A DNA stretch of 64,000 nt, taken from Catajapyx aquilonaris. Its lineage: Eukaryota. A program made the translations under genes and the position numbers. The notes beneath the pieces were generated by a model. The model was not told the origin of the DNA. It ran no database searches and saw only the letters and a program-made list of their open reading frames with translations. Of the stretch, positions 1 through 12,336 are shown piece after piece. Where the stretch lies: NCBI GenBank assembly GCA_000934665.2, contig KZ538356.1, positions 1 to 64,000 of the forward strand, written 5' to 3'. The number at the start of each line of letters is the position of its first letter. The first letter of the stretch is position 1.

Positions 1-464
1 GAGCACCTCGCACTGTAGGGAAACTACAGCCTGCCCTCCTAGCCCCCCCTCTTTTTCCCCCCCTTTTCCCCCCCACTTCTTCTACATTTTTTTTCTTTTT
101 TTTCCTTTCCAGACTTGCTCCTCTCCCCCTCCTCCTCCATACCCCTCTACTCGAACAGAGCCTACAGGGTATGGTACGGGGACGATGATTGGCTGGGAAG
201 TGGCGTCCTATTCGCCGGGTACTGATGCGGGTTGGACCAATGGTAGAGGGGGGCTCATGAGGTTGGGGATTATGGCTGGGCCAATGGGAGCCCAGGGGGG
301 TTCCAGCTGGCGGAACGTGGACGCACTAGCGGCTGGTGATGCAACAGCCTACTTCGGATGAAGATCGCCAGGTGCGCTGCTGTGCATGGAGCCACGCAGC
401 GCCATCTGTTGGCTGGTGCGGAACTAGCAGCAGGAAAGTACAAACCGCGGTTTTGTACGATCAA

Positions 465-596
465 AGCCTGTTCCTAAAGCAGTTTTTTTTGCTCAAAATC
501 GAGGTGTGACAGCTCCTCCGAGACAGCTGGCTCAGGAGCTGTCAGGCTGTCACAGAGCTATTTGGTGCACAAAAAAAACTGCTTTGGGAACAGGCT
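465..596. mobile_element. ~130-bp MITE-like inverted-repeat element, copy 1
   Basis: Ends AGCCTGTTCCTAAAGCAGTTTTTTTT and AAAAAAAACTGCTTTGGGAACAGGCT are near-perfect inverted repeats; homologous to 877-1010. No clear target-site duplication. Confidence 0.7.
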
Positions 597-876
597 CCCG
601 ATGGTTTCTGCACCTTGTCGTGGTGGTGGGGGGGGGGCTTGCGTTTCTCCCATGACCACAAGAGCTATGCCGGCGGTAGTTTCGTCTACTGGTAGGGCGA
701 CCCTAGTCGGACAAGTCTTTGGGATAGGAGAGATAGGTAGAGAGATACTCGCCTTTCATCTCTTCTTTTTCTCTTCGTCTCTGCCTCCATTTGTTCCACC
801 TTTTTATGTCTTCTTACAGCCAGATAGACATAGGCCTAGTTGTCAGCCTGCATGGTAGGTTAGCAGCGATTGTGAA

Positions 877-1010
877 GGCTGTTTCCCAAGCAGGTTTTTT
901 TAAATATATATATAAAATCTCTCTGTGACAGCTCAGAGCTCCTTCCCAGCTGTCGCAGAGGAGCTGCCACAGCTCGATTTTTGAGCAAAATAGCTGCTTT
1001 GGGAACAGGC
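877..1010. mobile_element. ~130-bp MITE-like element, copy 2, inverted relative to copy 1
   Basis: Its reverse complement (GCCTGTTCCCAAAGCAGCTATTTTGCTCAAAAATCGAGCTGTGGCAGCTCCTCTGCGACAGCTGGG...) aligns along the whole of 465-596. Confidence 0.7.
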
Positions 1011-1020
1011 GATGTGATTG

Positions 1021-1031
1021 AAGATGGCGGC
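1021..1031 (+). promoter_or_regulatory. YY1/Pho-type motif AAGATGGCGGC just upstream of the DENND11 start
   Basis: Exact match to the YY1 core, about 40 bp before the ATG at 1063. Confidence 0.5.
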
Positions 1032-1062
1032 GCCCTGGTGACGGGGGGGGGGAGGAGTCGAA

Positions 1063-2220
1063 ATGTCATTCTCGATGACGGAGGAGCGGCACTGGGGCGA
1101 ACCGGCCCAGGGGCAGGGGGATGAGGATAAGGTGGATGGGATCGTTGGGGTGTTCGTCACGTCGTTTGACGCCAGGGCCGGCAACATGACGGAGTGGGTG
1201 TGGCCCCCGGGTCTGCCCAGGGCCGGACTCGAGTTCAAGTCTATTCCGAGTGGAGCACATTCCCTGCACACTGACCATGTGCTGTTCTCGCATTCACCAA
1301 CCACGTCGTACGGACTGGCTTGCTACCATCTGATACGGCTCCAGAGCGCCTCGGATCCAGCGTGGCCACAAGCGGAGAGGGGCGCACGGCTTAAGTCAGC
1401 GGGCATCCTGTCCAGGGACCACACCAGGTTGCGTTGGGCCACAGCTTTCCTGCAAACACAAGCTAGGCACCTTCTGGCTCATCCTGGAAGCTACACAGCG
1501 TTGAAGGACTTCTATGAGAGGGCACAGGGAAGACCCACACCTGAGATTGGCTTGGAGGCTTGTCCAGGGATGGATGCTGCATGCGTTGCATTTGTGGCGA
1601 TGATGGGCCCCAAGCTGATGGCCCTGTGGAAGATGGCACTGCTGAGGAGCCGCATGATGGTGCTGGGTCAGACGGTGGGGCAAGGCTGCTGTTGGGTCGA
1701 CCTGCTCACCGGGATGGCTGCCACTGGGATTCTACCTGTGGGAGAACGGCCCCTCCGCCCACTATTCTACACCTCCCTTGCCGAGTCAGACCAAATTGAG
1801 GCAACAACCTTCGTCACATGCGTCTCAGATCGCATCCTGGCATCCAAGCCGCAACTGTGGGATGTGTGGGTGGACACTGGGGCTGGCATCGGAACAGTGG
1901 TAGTGTCTGACCAATCCCTCCGTAGCCTCAGCCGCGCTACAGTCAGCGACCGACGCCGGATGGTTGATCTACGAGCCACGATCGAGTCTGCTGCCGACCC
2001 ATTCGCTGCTTTCCAGTCCTTCTTTCTCCGACTTAATGATGCCCTGTTCTCTGCTCTCTATGCCCAAGCAGGGGCAACTGGGGGACCCTTGGCTTGTGAC
2101 ACAGTGTTACACCTAGGACTGAACCCAAAGGCAGACCGCCACTTCCTTCGTCTCTTGATCTCCGCATACGGGTTTGATTTAGAGCCACCCCAACTCAACC
2201 TGTGCTGCTTCCCGTATTAG
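1063..2220 (+). CDS. DENND11: DENN domain-containing protein 11 (LCHN)-like, 385 aa, single coding exon
   Basis: IVGVFVTSFDARAGNMTEW..P....GLEFKSIPSGAH....D, YGLACY, ERGARLKSAGILS, RPLFY, KPQLWDVWVD and the C-terminal CC match LCHN family motifs; AATAAA at 2265-2270. Confidence 0.88.
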   Translation: MSFSMTEERHWGEPAQGQGDEDKVDGIVGVFVTSFDARAGNMTEWVWPPGLPRAGLEFKSIPSGAHSLHTDHVLFSHSPTTSYGLACYHLIRLQSASDPAWPQAERGARLKSAGILSRDHTRLRWATAFLQTQARHLLAHPGSYTALKDFYERAQGRPTPEIGLEACPGMDAACVAFVAMMGPKLMALWKMALLRSRMMVLGQTVGQGCCWVDLLTGMAATGILPVGERPLRPLFYTSLAESDQIEATTFVTCVSDRILASKPQLWDVWVDTGAGIGTVVVSDQSLRSLSRATVSDRRRMVDLRATIESAADPFAAFQSFFLRLNDALFSALYAQAGATGGPLACDTVLHLGLNPKADRHFLRLLISAYGFDLEPPQLNLCCFPY

Positions 2221-2913
2221 CTGTGATTTTGCTTACCCAGTCAAACTTGGTGTACAAACATGTAAATAAAGCACTCGATGTTGCATACAAAATTCTTTCT
2301 TTATAATCTCACAGTCCATGATTGAAAAACAGAAGATGAAGATACAGCCAGCTCATGCCAAATTGCCTGCATGTCAATGCAGGGAAAGGGAGGCTAAGGT
2401 AATCTACCCCATCTCATGACACAGCATTGGGCATATTAATTATAGTAACGATAATAATGCTTCTCTTTAATCCAATGAAACTATGGCCTTCCCAAGGTTC
2501 ATGCATCCCTTGTCATTCTGCAGCACTGATTTTTATTTAAACGATCAGGAGGAAGAGCATGTGTATGTCAGCTGTTACCATTACCACCCACTCATCATTG
2601 GCACATTTTTGTGTGCTTCAGCCAGCCCTCACAGTTGTAGGTAAACATTATAATCATCAATCAGTGCTGCAGAAAATCCTTACATTAGAGTGGCACAAAT
2701 CTTAGGAAAGCTACACCTTCCTTACAAGACTGGTTGGACTTAGCTCATTCCCTGCCTCCCACTTACAAAATGAACCAATTCAATGTGAACCAGCTAAAGG
2801 GAGGGGCCATACTTCCTTAAACAAAACAAAAAAATGATGAAAAATTTAAATCATTGCGCTCAAAAGCATTTGTCTGCATAATTGTAATAATATTAATAAG
2901 ACATGCTCAGTCT

Positions 2914-5900
2914 TTAGTTCTGCACAAAGGATTGTGCAGCCATGATGAGCATCCGCATTTTCTTTGCCATCTTGTCTTGGGGGTTCTGAGTCAGGAATGT
3001 CCGCAGCTGCAGCTGCAGAGCTGACAGTACGACAGGTGCATGCTCTCTCGTGATGGGCTGCTTAATGTCCAGGTTGAGTATGGCTTCCTCAAGGTACTGA
3101 CATTTGAGGTGTGTCTTGTCCGAGAGGTCAGCTGACAACTGCTGCACAAGTGAGAGCAGAACATGTTGTTGCAGAGGGCAAGCAGCCCCAGCTCCAAAGA
3201 CATCCTGTGGATTAAGCCGCTCACACAGGAAAGTGACCAGGTTTAGATCAGATGCAGACAATGCTTGTTGGAATGCAGTGTTGGTCTGCCCTTGGGAAAG
3301 CAGGTGCAGGAGTTGCTTCTGGAGATCTGGCCCTGAAGCAGCGCCTGGTGACTGATGTGGTGCAGGGGTGGCTGCACCCGAGCGAAGTACAGCAGCTGCC
3401 ACACTGCTTTCAATGGCAGACTGCTGCTCCTGAAATCCCCTCTTGAGCTCTTCTTTGACACCTTTGCCAAGGCCATCACCCCAACAAGAGATGACGGACT
3501 GCACATCCTGAGTTATTCGCTCCCCGATGCGAGCTTCCCATCCACTTACTTTGCCTACTTCTCTGGTCACTTCTTGGCCCACTTCTGTTACTTTCCTGGC
3601 CACCTCATCCAATTTTGCAATTGGTGGCTCACAAGCTTTTCTGTTCTGTTCCAAGTGTTGATCAAGTGCTGCTATATACTCTCCAGTGCCTCTGTTGAAC
3701 GTCTGAGTCATGTCATTGAACACCTTGCTAAATGCCTTTTCCATCTGGGTTGCAAGGGTACTTGCTAATGCCTTTCGGGCCGTCTCCACCCGCGCAGCTT
3801 CTTCTGCCCTGCTCTCATCCACCACATCATGATATGCCTTTCGTGATGTTGCTGTCACAGTCTCATTCAGTACCTGCAGCAGTTGAATCTTAACCTGCTC
3901 AATGACCCCCCAAAATATGCATAGGTAAAATATTCAAGAAATTACAAAGAAGTCCCATTACATCAAGTTCCCCATGCACAAGTGCTAAATTATGCTGCAA
4001 CAACTGAGGAAAACGCAGAAGAAATTTTGCTCATGTCAAAAAATGTGGAAATTTAAAAAAACATGTGGTATGTACCTGGTCCATTGCCTGGCCCACTCCA
4101 TGTGAGGATGCAGTTGTGACTGCTCGCAACATCATTTCATTTGGAACCTGCTGCTGCATGGCATGTGTTCGCCAGGCACTCTCGAATGTCCACAGTGATT
4201 GGCGTTGCTTGGCGACTTCTTCTCTTAGCTCCTTCACCACTTCCATCACTTCTTCAGTAGTTGGGCGGCTTGGTGGTGGAAGTGCAGGGGGCATTGTCAC
4301 CACTGCCTTCACAGCCTGTATCTCCTTGTGCTGGTCACCTAATGCTGACCCGATGCCTTCTACAGCCTGAAGTACCGTGTCCAGTCGGTCCTCCAAGATC
4401 CTTAGGCGCTCGTCACTCTGCCAGTTTGGCTGGACTGAAGGGCTGCAAGAAATTTGGTGTAAAAGACAGCAACCCAAGCATACAGGAAAACTCCTCATCC
4501 CATCCACCATTTTTAGTGCCGTCATTTCTCATTATTTTCTCAAATAGTAGGATGCCACCTCTTTAATCAGTTGGAAAGAACCCAGAACTTACTGCAGTAC
4601 CATTTGCCACTGCCAAAATAGGTTTTACCATCTGAGCTACACCAATGGTAATCAGACTTGACAAGATAATTGCACAAAAATTTATGTCCATATAAAATTA
4701 TTGAACATCCTGCCCCTGTAACACACTCCTGCAAGAAAACTGAGGTTGCCAACTCACCTATGCTTGTCCATGACCTGCTTCGCCTGCTGCATTTCTCCTT
4801 TGCTTGGATACACGGACGCTGCTTCTTCCCTGGAAAACAAAATTGCCTTTAGCCCAGCAATGACTAACAACACAGTATACAATTGAGGACTCTGTACTTA
4901 CAGAAGATCTTGTGGAATCTGTGGCCAATTAGTCTGGGGAGTTGAGCAAGTAGGGGCAGCATCTCTTGCATCCTGCACTGGAATGGCTGACTTCACAATG
5001 GCCACTGATGATGGTGTGGTGGAAGGAGATACAGAAGTTGGAGGCTCTGTCTTTATGGGTGTGTTGGCAGAAACAACTGGGGGAATTGGAGGGGGCGATG
5101 GGAACTCCACCTTTCCTTCAGAGTTTTCAGCACTACGAAAAAGAAAAAGCAAACATTCTTGAACTTGACTCTTTTAACATCTTCTCACACCAGCATGAAA
5201 TTGTTTGCATGACCTCAGCTTTTAATTATAATTGCTCAGCAACAATTTAATAACTAAATTGCAGGTCTTCTACTGAATCATATGGTAGTGAGAGCTTGGA
5301 TGATGCAACATGTAGTTTCGTCCAAAGACTTTCAGCATCTATGGAGGACCCACTGTACAAGTGCTTCCACAAATATCGACATAGTTACCACCTGTGATGC
5401 AACACAAGAGTTCTAGCTGTGATTTGTTTAACTTAATCAGTTAACCAATTTAATATATTATTCTGTAACCAATAGGATCAACAATATTTTGATACTTGCA
5501 GTTGTGATACGAGACATATGGCACATCTGTGAGGTAGTTACAGAAAGTATTCAGTTACAGTGGAATGAGTGGATGCCGGTGGCATAAGCACCAATGTAAT
5601 TCTTCCCCTCACCTTATAACTTTAGTCTCTTCTTCAGGTATTGCTTCTACATCAGGTTCACCCTGTTCCACATAACTAGCAACATCTGTGAATGAAATAC
5701 AATCGCTGAGTTAGATGTTGTCATGCAATGCACGATGATTACTTTGCAAGGACACTAACCCTCCCTCTGGCTGGGGGACAAAATCTCCTCCACTTCTCGG
5801 CTGGGACTACTTCCAGTGCTCCTTAGGGGTTCCTTCTTATTGCTAGTTGCCACTATTGGGGGAGCTGGAGGTGGGGAAGGAAGGGGAGCTAGTCTGGGAT

Positions 5901-8900
5901 CACTCACTCTCTGAGCAGGGGATGTCAAGGGTGGTAAGGGAAGGGGAGGTAAAGGTGTTGCGGTTGTAGTTGATCCTGCAACTCCACTTGCCAGAATGTT
6001 TGCACCCACGTTGACACTCACCTAGAGAAAAAATGATTTGCATCAACTTATAATTACGCCAAATCACTGAAATCTGTTGTTTTACCCCCTGCTAAAAAGG
6101 CATGCCAATTACACTATTTTATGAGTCTTGCCAGTTAATTGCCAACAGTCTAGAATGCCAATCTGACTACCACAGCCTGGAAGAGGAACTTACACCATTC
6201 AGCATGTATGACAAGTCAAATATCTATGCAGTTACAGAAGAGAGTAATAATTCTATCTCCCATTAGCAACCTTTCATAAAGCACACTTATAGGTGATGCT
6301 AATATCCGACCTGTGAAAAAGAGAGGTCATCCTCATGCCCATTTGTTGGTCTTCCAGGTGAACTGAATGCATCCGGAGTCATCAAATTGAAGTGTGGTGT
6401 TGAAGCATTTGCACTGGTATTGGCTGCAGCAGGAGGTGAGGAAGGCGGTGGCGGAAGAGGCACCAGTGGAGCTGGTAAGGATGCCTTCTCTACATCTGAT
6501 TGGTGCTCTCCGTTTCCTGTTGGAGCTGTCAATGAGGTGTCGGAGAACCCTTCCAGAAAGCCTAATGACGATGACTCTTCACCAGAAGGTGCTACCATTC
6601 CACCAACCCCTGCCATAGCTGCCACACTTGGCTGGTATGTCACATGACACTCCTGTAAGCTTTTAGGCTGCACCATGTACATTCGTATTACGACATTCTC
6701 TGCCAGAGTTTCTTGACCAGTGATGCTGCATGAATCACCATCTGATTCAGAATCATCCTCAACCTGATCGCTCTCAATCTTCCCATTATCTGGTGTTGCC
6801 TTCCTTACCTGCAACAAGGAACATTCCCAAATATTGTCCATTTCAGTAAAACAATTCTAAACATATTCTTATTCCCAGTGAATGACACAAAGGTGTTCAC
6901 AAGGTTGCCTTGAGACTTCTAGTCAAGTATTTTAAGTACAATGCTTTTAAAAATTCACAATAAAACCACATAAGAAGTTATAACTGCATGGAGACGGACA
7001 AGAACATTGCATGCAGAAATTCTGCTTACGTAGCTGTTTTCCTGTCAGCAAAAAATATTAATTAGTTGTACAAAGTAACTGCTATGCACTTCAGGCCTGA
7101 TTCTGTACCTGCAAAAAAAAGGTGGATGGTCAGCATCCTCTTGACCTTTGACCCCACATACATGTTTGTAACACTCCTAGCTATGGAATAAGTTGCCGAA
7201 AATGGCAAAATGCAGTATCCAAAATTCTATATGATCAACATCCTACAAGCAACCCAATATTTCTTGCTTTATGGATAACAGAAAAGTAAGCAGAATTTCT
7301 CTAAGTACCGCTCCTTATTTGTTCCTGTATATTGTCTTCATAAGAGTATAATCAATCTTAGCTCTCCCTGTAAATCCAATCATTAAGCATGCCTAGTTGT
7401 GCTTACTTGGACATCAACGATGGCGAAGTAAATAATATGGCAAGGGAAGATAAATTCTGAGATGGATCGGAAACAGGCCCACTTGTCTTCAAGTCCATGC
7501 TGGATGTGGATGACATAGAGGGCCTGGTGAAATATATCTGACAGCAGGAGGTAACCTGCCCCAAGATCCAAATGAGTCTTGAAGCAGCATTTTTTCCTGC
7601 CTGCCTGCTGCTGGGGTGACGCAGACATGAGGTCGCTGTTTGAGTTCGAAGAGGAAGGGTCTGAGAAGCGGAGTGTTTGAAGGCACACCCACGACTCACA
7701 AGACCACACCTTCAGCTCAGTGTTGTTATCTGAACCAGTAACAGCAAACTTCCAAAACTGGGCCCTGAAACAGCAAAAAAAATGTTAAAATACTCACTCC
7801 TCCCACTTGACTGACGGACCTTTCATACATCAGGTTAGCATATGTTGAAGCCCAATTATGTAAAGCAAATTCATGCATTGGAATTACGAGGCAATTCACA
7901 CATACCTAACTTTTACCTTATAAAACCAAGAAAATAAATGCTAATAATTTACTAACTCTGGAGAGGGAACACGGTGATTATCAAGGAAGAACAAGCTGGA
8001 CACAGGCCTCCCATCATGTGGGGACCACTCATGGAGGCACCTAGCCTTGTGGCTTGGCTGGCGCAGATACACCTGGAAGAACTTGACCTGGCCATCCAGG
8101 CTAGCCGTGGCTATGGCTGTTCCATCTGGAGAGAAGGCTGCATCCACTACATCTGCCTGGTGATCATCAATCAGCGCACATCCAGTCTCAATAGCGCTTG
8201 GCAAATGGGGGCCTGACCCATTGTTGCGCACTACCGTTGGAATATGCCACAGTTCCACTCGATGAAAATGGGTCACTGCAAGCAGTTGGTTTGGGTCCTC
8301 CCCACCACCCTCCATGCTTGCGCTTTTTCCACTCACTGACGATAGGGAGGTGGATACAGTTGTGCTAACTTCAGTGTCACTGTCACTGTCTGTTGCATTG
8401 TCGTCAGGGATCCAGGGGCACCACACTACACGATGGTTCTCGCTGGAGGTCATCGGCTCAGGCTGGTTAATCTGCAATATCAATCCACATCTGGGAAAAG
8501 GTGAGTCAAGGAAAACTTGTTGCCATGCAGCAAGCAATATCATACACATATAGGGCAGTCTTGAAAATTAAAACCATACACCTAGGACCTAGTCCTATGT
8601 GATTAATTCAGTACCTATGAACTGTAGCTAAGATTAAACCATTATTTAGGGCAGCTACCATGAACAGTGCTCCTGTTATGTGCACACCAAGGCAATACTC
8701 CTACAGAAAGCCCAAAAACTTCTCTGAGTTTGAGTTCTGGTTGCAAAACTAGCAATAATCTATGGAATATCCTGAATAATATTTAAAAATTATATTGCAC
8801 ATTTATCCAGCAGGTGCCACAACCTTAGTGACAGTCATTCTTCAACCTGATGCTATTCTTTAAGACAATGCAATCACTTCCTGTACAACCTTAACATTGC

Positions 8901-10648
8901 AATGTGACTGGTTGCACAGGGAGCGCTTGCACAGTACGTCTATTGTTTCATTTATGTTGACTCAAGAAACACACAATTGCATGTGTTACCTACCCTAGAA
9001 TATAATCATATTTACAAAATACTAATTATATCCACATGGGATCTTGAAAACTGACCACCAGAAATTAATTCTTAAATATTCCAGATGGGAAAAAGGATAC
9101 AGAAGCAGAGAGTCATGAGATTCACTGATTTTGTAGACAAATAGGTTCCCCAGGTCATCCACGACAGCCAGCAACACTTGGGACATAATGTGTGCAAAAG
9201 AAAGATCTGTGATCATTCCCAGCATCCCTTTAAGGAGTGCTCGTTGTTCTGTTCGCCGATTCACCACTCGAACGACACCAAGCGCCTTCCCCACAGCTGG
9301 AAACATGGTTTAGTCAGAGGATCAATAAGAATGTGAATTGCAACTTGTACAGCATACCTTTAATCCCATAGGCAAGGTAGGTTCCAGAGATGTGAACAGT
9401 GACAAGTGTCCCACTAGTGTACTTATGCTCCCAGGCAAAGTCCACTATGTTCTTAAGCTTGAGGTTGGACGATGAGAAGGATGATGCCACCCCTAATTTT
9501 GAATGCTGCCCCAATGTGGGGGTAGGAGTCACCGTCACATCTTCTCCAAAAATCAGGTAGCTGTTGGCTTCATCATCAACACCCTGAAAGTTTCTGTCAA
9601 GAATTGGAAAGGGATTAGACATTCAGTGTGCATTAGGGCTCATCCACAAAGGTTACATAAACAGCTGCTGCCAGAAGTTACAGTTTGTCACTCATCACCT
9701 GTTGTGCACATGCTGTCAGATAACTTATATGCACTACCACACTGTGCAACTGGAGTGAAATATGCTGCATCAATTTGAACCTGTCTATTTCAGCCTTGAG
9801 GAAATGTATGAGTGTTAGATAGGACTCGTGAGGGTTTCTGAAGTGGGTAGTGGTAATGGCTGGTTTTCTCTTGCCCATCTTACATACGTGCATGAAATTA
9901 CGTTGTGGAATTGGACCACGACACAATAGTAGCCTACAGTATACTTGCTTATGTGTGATGCAGACTGAAGAAGTTCTCATTGGCATCATCATGCACTACA
10001 CAAGCCTGACTACATCAGATGCGAATGTAGGGTTAATACTGCCTGTGGAAAGCAATGAAAAGGCAGCCCTGTCCAACCATCAGACACCATCTTTAAATAA
10101 CTTTACCATAGTATCAAATAGACAATCAAGCTTGTTAATCCCCCCAGGGCCGAGTTGCACCTTACACATATCACAACCCCAAACGTGTCTAGTACTCTGT
10201 AAATGCACATACAGTTAGCCTGTTGGATGGTTGACTCCCCCATTTGACAAGCTTCATCAGACATCACTCCCAAATGTGCATACCCAGCTAGGTGACATTT
10301 CCGACCTTCCCACACTGAACAAGTCTTTCATAAAATTAACTCTCTGAAACAGACCCACACCATGCAAAGTGCATGAACCCCATTTTGCTCAACTTGACTG
10401 GCTGGCCAACCCAGCAGTAGCCACTTGAAAGGTATGCACACAATTTCCCTAGCTGGAACCACTGAGACCTGACTCTGCTGAAACAGTGTCAGCTTGGTAT
10501 GCGTGGTTTTGTGTTGTTGGTCCCCAGTCCCCCTGTGTGTATGTATGTCCCCCCACCGAACTCACATCTTCTGCACCCCAGCCGGCATGTCGGCGAGGGC
10601 GGACTCCGACCGGCCCTTCTTCCCGGCGCCGCTGCTGACGCCGAACAT
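2914..10648 (-). CDS. EDC4: Enhancer of mRNA decapping 4 (Ge-1), ~1296 aa, 12 coding exons
   Basis: Exons 10648-10566, 9593-9358, 9296-9101, 8490-7957, 7764-7407, 6808-6311, 6021-5760, 5685-5613, 5132-4902, 4829-4758, 4442-4076, 3894-2914 total 3891 nt in frame. WD40 propeller (AFSPDGTAIATASLDGQVKFFQ, RCLHEWSPHDGRPVSSLFFLDN, FWKFAVTGSDNNTELKVW), Ser/Pro linker, C-terminal AFQQALSASDL..LLSLVQQLSADL..YLEEA domain. The 3894 acceptor could instead be 3873. Confidence 0.93.
8491..9100 (-). other. U12-type GT-AG intron (EDC4 intron 3)
   Basis: Donor GTATCCTTT at 9100; branch TTCCTTGAC at 8513-8505 with the branch A 15 nt before the intron end; splicing preserves the frame (SLL-L-CGLILQIN). Confidence 0.9.
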
Positions 10649-11038
10649 GCTTCTTTTCAAACCGGAGAATCCTCCCCTCCTCGGATCAGGCTGCGGTACC
10701 CGTGCTGCAGGACGCCGCCGATCGGTCCTGCATGTGCCGAGGCCTCTCTCGGGTCCACCCTGGGTGCTGCGTGGGGTCTAGCTAGGGCCGGATTGAGTGA
10801 GTGACGGCGGCGGTGGTACACTTCTAAGCGCTTCTTCTAAGCATTCTCTAGCAGGCAAGCGGTGCCGTCTGGTGGCCACCGCACGCCTATACGATGTTGC
10901 CGGATTTCAGAAAGTCATAAACGGGGCTTGCACCCACAAAATTTGCACGGAACGAAGCGCATAATTTCGCATTGTGCACTTACGACAAGTACGGTCATGT
11001 CAAGTACGATTATGGACGTGTCTAAAGTTGCGTTGATC

Positions 11039-11049
11039 TGCGCATGCGC
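11039..11049. promoter_or_regulatory. NRF1/Ewg-type motif TGCGCATGCGC upstream of EDC4
   Basis: Consensus match in a CpG-rich patch about 400 bp upstream of the EDC4 ATG. Confidence 0.45.
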
Positions 11050-12336
11050 GTGGCGCTATGTACAAATGGAATGCATTGTATACATTATGCATGTGTGGCA
11101 TGTGGCTCAGTTATTCAAGAGCACAAAGAAGATGCCGGTCTCGTTGCAGGAAGTACATCGATTGGATGGAATTTGCTGCCTGTGTCAATTAGAAGCGCAG
11201 GGGGGAAGTACCTTGAACGTTCATAATTATCTCATATGCGAACTATGCATGTATATGAAGACCTGAAATGTAAGTCATGCTTCGTTTGGTCTAAATTGAG
11301 GTAGACAATGGAATGTAGCCTACTCTTGTTAGACGCGTGTTTGCAATCTAAAGATTAGGCCAATGAAATTATTGACGGATTACCGAACCAAGTGTGTACC
11401 GGCATGTACCGGTATCACATGCACCAGCATGAGACCCTTATTGATGAGACCACCTTGGTTGAACTATTATTCAACTACAAAAAACATGACAAATTTTTAT
11501 ATGTATAAAAACTACATATAGTTCTACCTTCTACATAAGTTCTTATTAACCCTGGAACCCTTCTCTCTTAGTGCACCCCTCTACTTTTATCTAGATGGAA
11601 TGCATTATGAAAATATGTACTAAGATATATTTATGCATGCCTATTCATAGCACTTGCAGCATTGCAGATGTACGGCACTTGCTTCCCAGGTCCCTTTGTG
11701 GGTATGGGCCTCTGTACCTATCCCACCCCTTCACCCCACTTTCTCCAGTCGTGATGACAGGCACCTGTTAAAGAGGTCTACCACACGGTCTACCATATCT
11801 GGGATGAAAACAACAATTTTCTCTGGATATTTATTGACCAGAAACAAGTCCCCTCATAAACATACAACAGATATACTCCCAAGTATCAAATGTTTTTCAG
11901 GCACAAGTTGTCAGGCCTCAGCCAACACTCACCCCGAAAAAAACAATAAACAGGAAGAATAAAAATAATACAAGGAAAACAAAGGAAACCCTTTTAGGGC
12001 AAGGAACACTTGACTTATAACATAGTGCACCTGAAAATGTGCGTGGACTGAACAGGTAATCAGCTTGGAACACATACGTACTGTATAGTGGGCTGACTAG
12101 ATATGTTGCTCCTGTCTTTTTGCCTCCATGACTGAACCTTGAGCTTTATACACAATATTTTAAAAGAACAATTTGGTCACAAACCTTCACTTGGGTAATG
12201 GATAATTAAATGACATTTTAGCATTACATAAGTGGAGCAAACAAAACACTTCCCTACTGAACATCCTTGTGGAATGTGTGGTGAAAATTAGTAAAAGTTA
12301 AGTTTCACATTATGTAAGTGTAAAACCAATGTGATT

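Noticed and set aside
270..464. Possible gene divergent from DENND11
   Set aside because: Short ORF with no recognisable motif or convincing splice sites.
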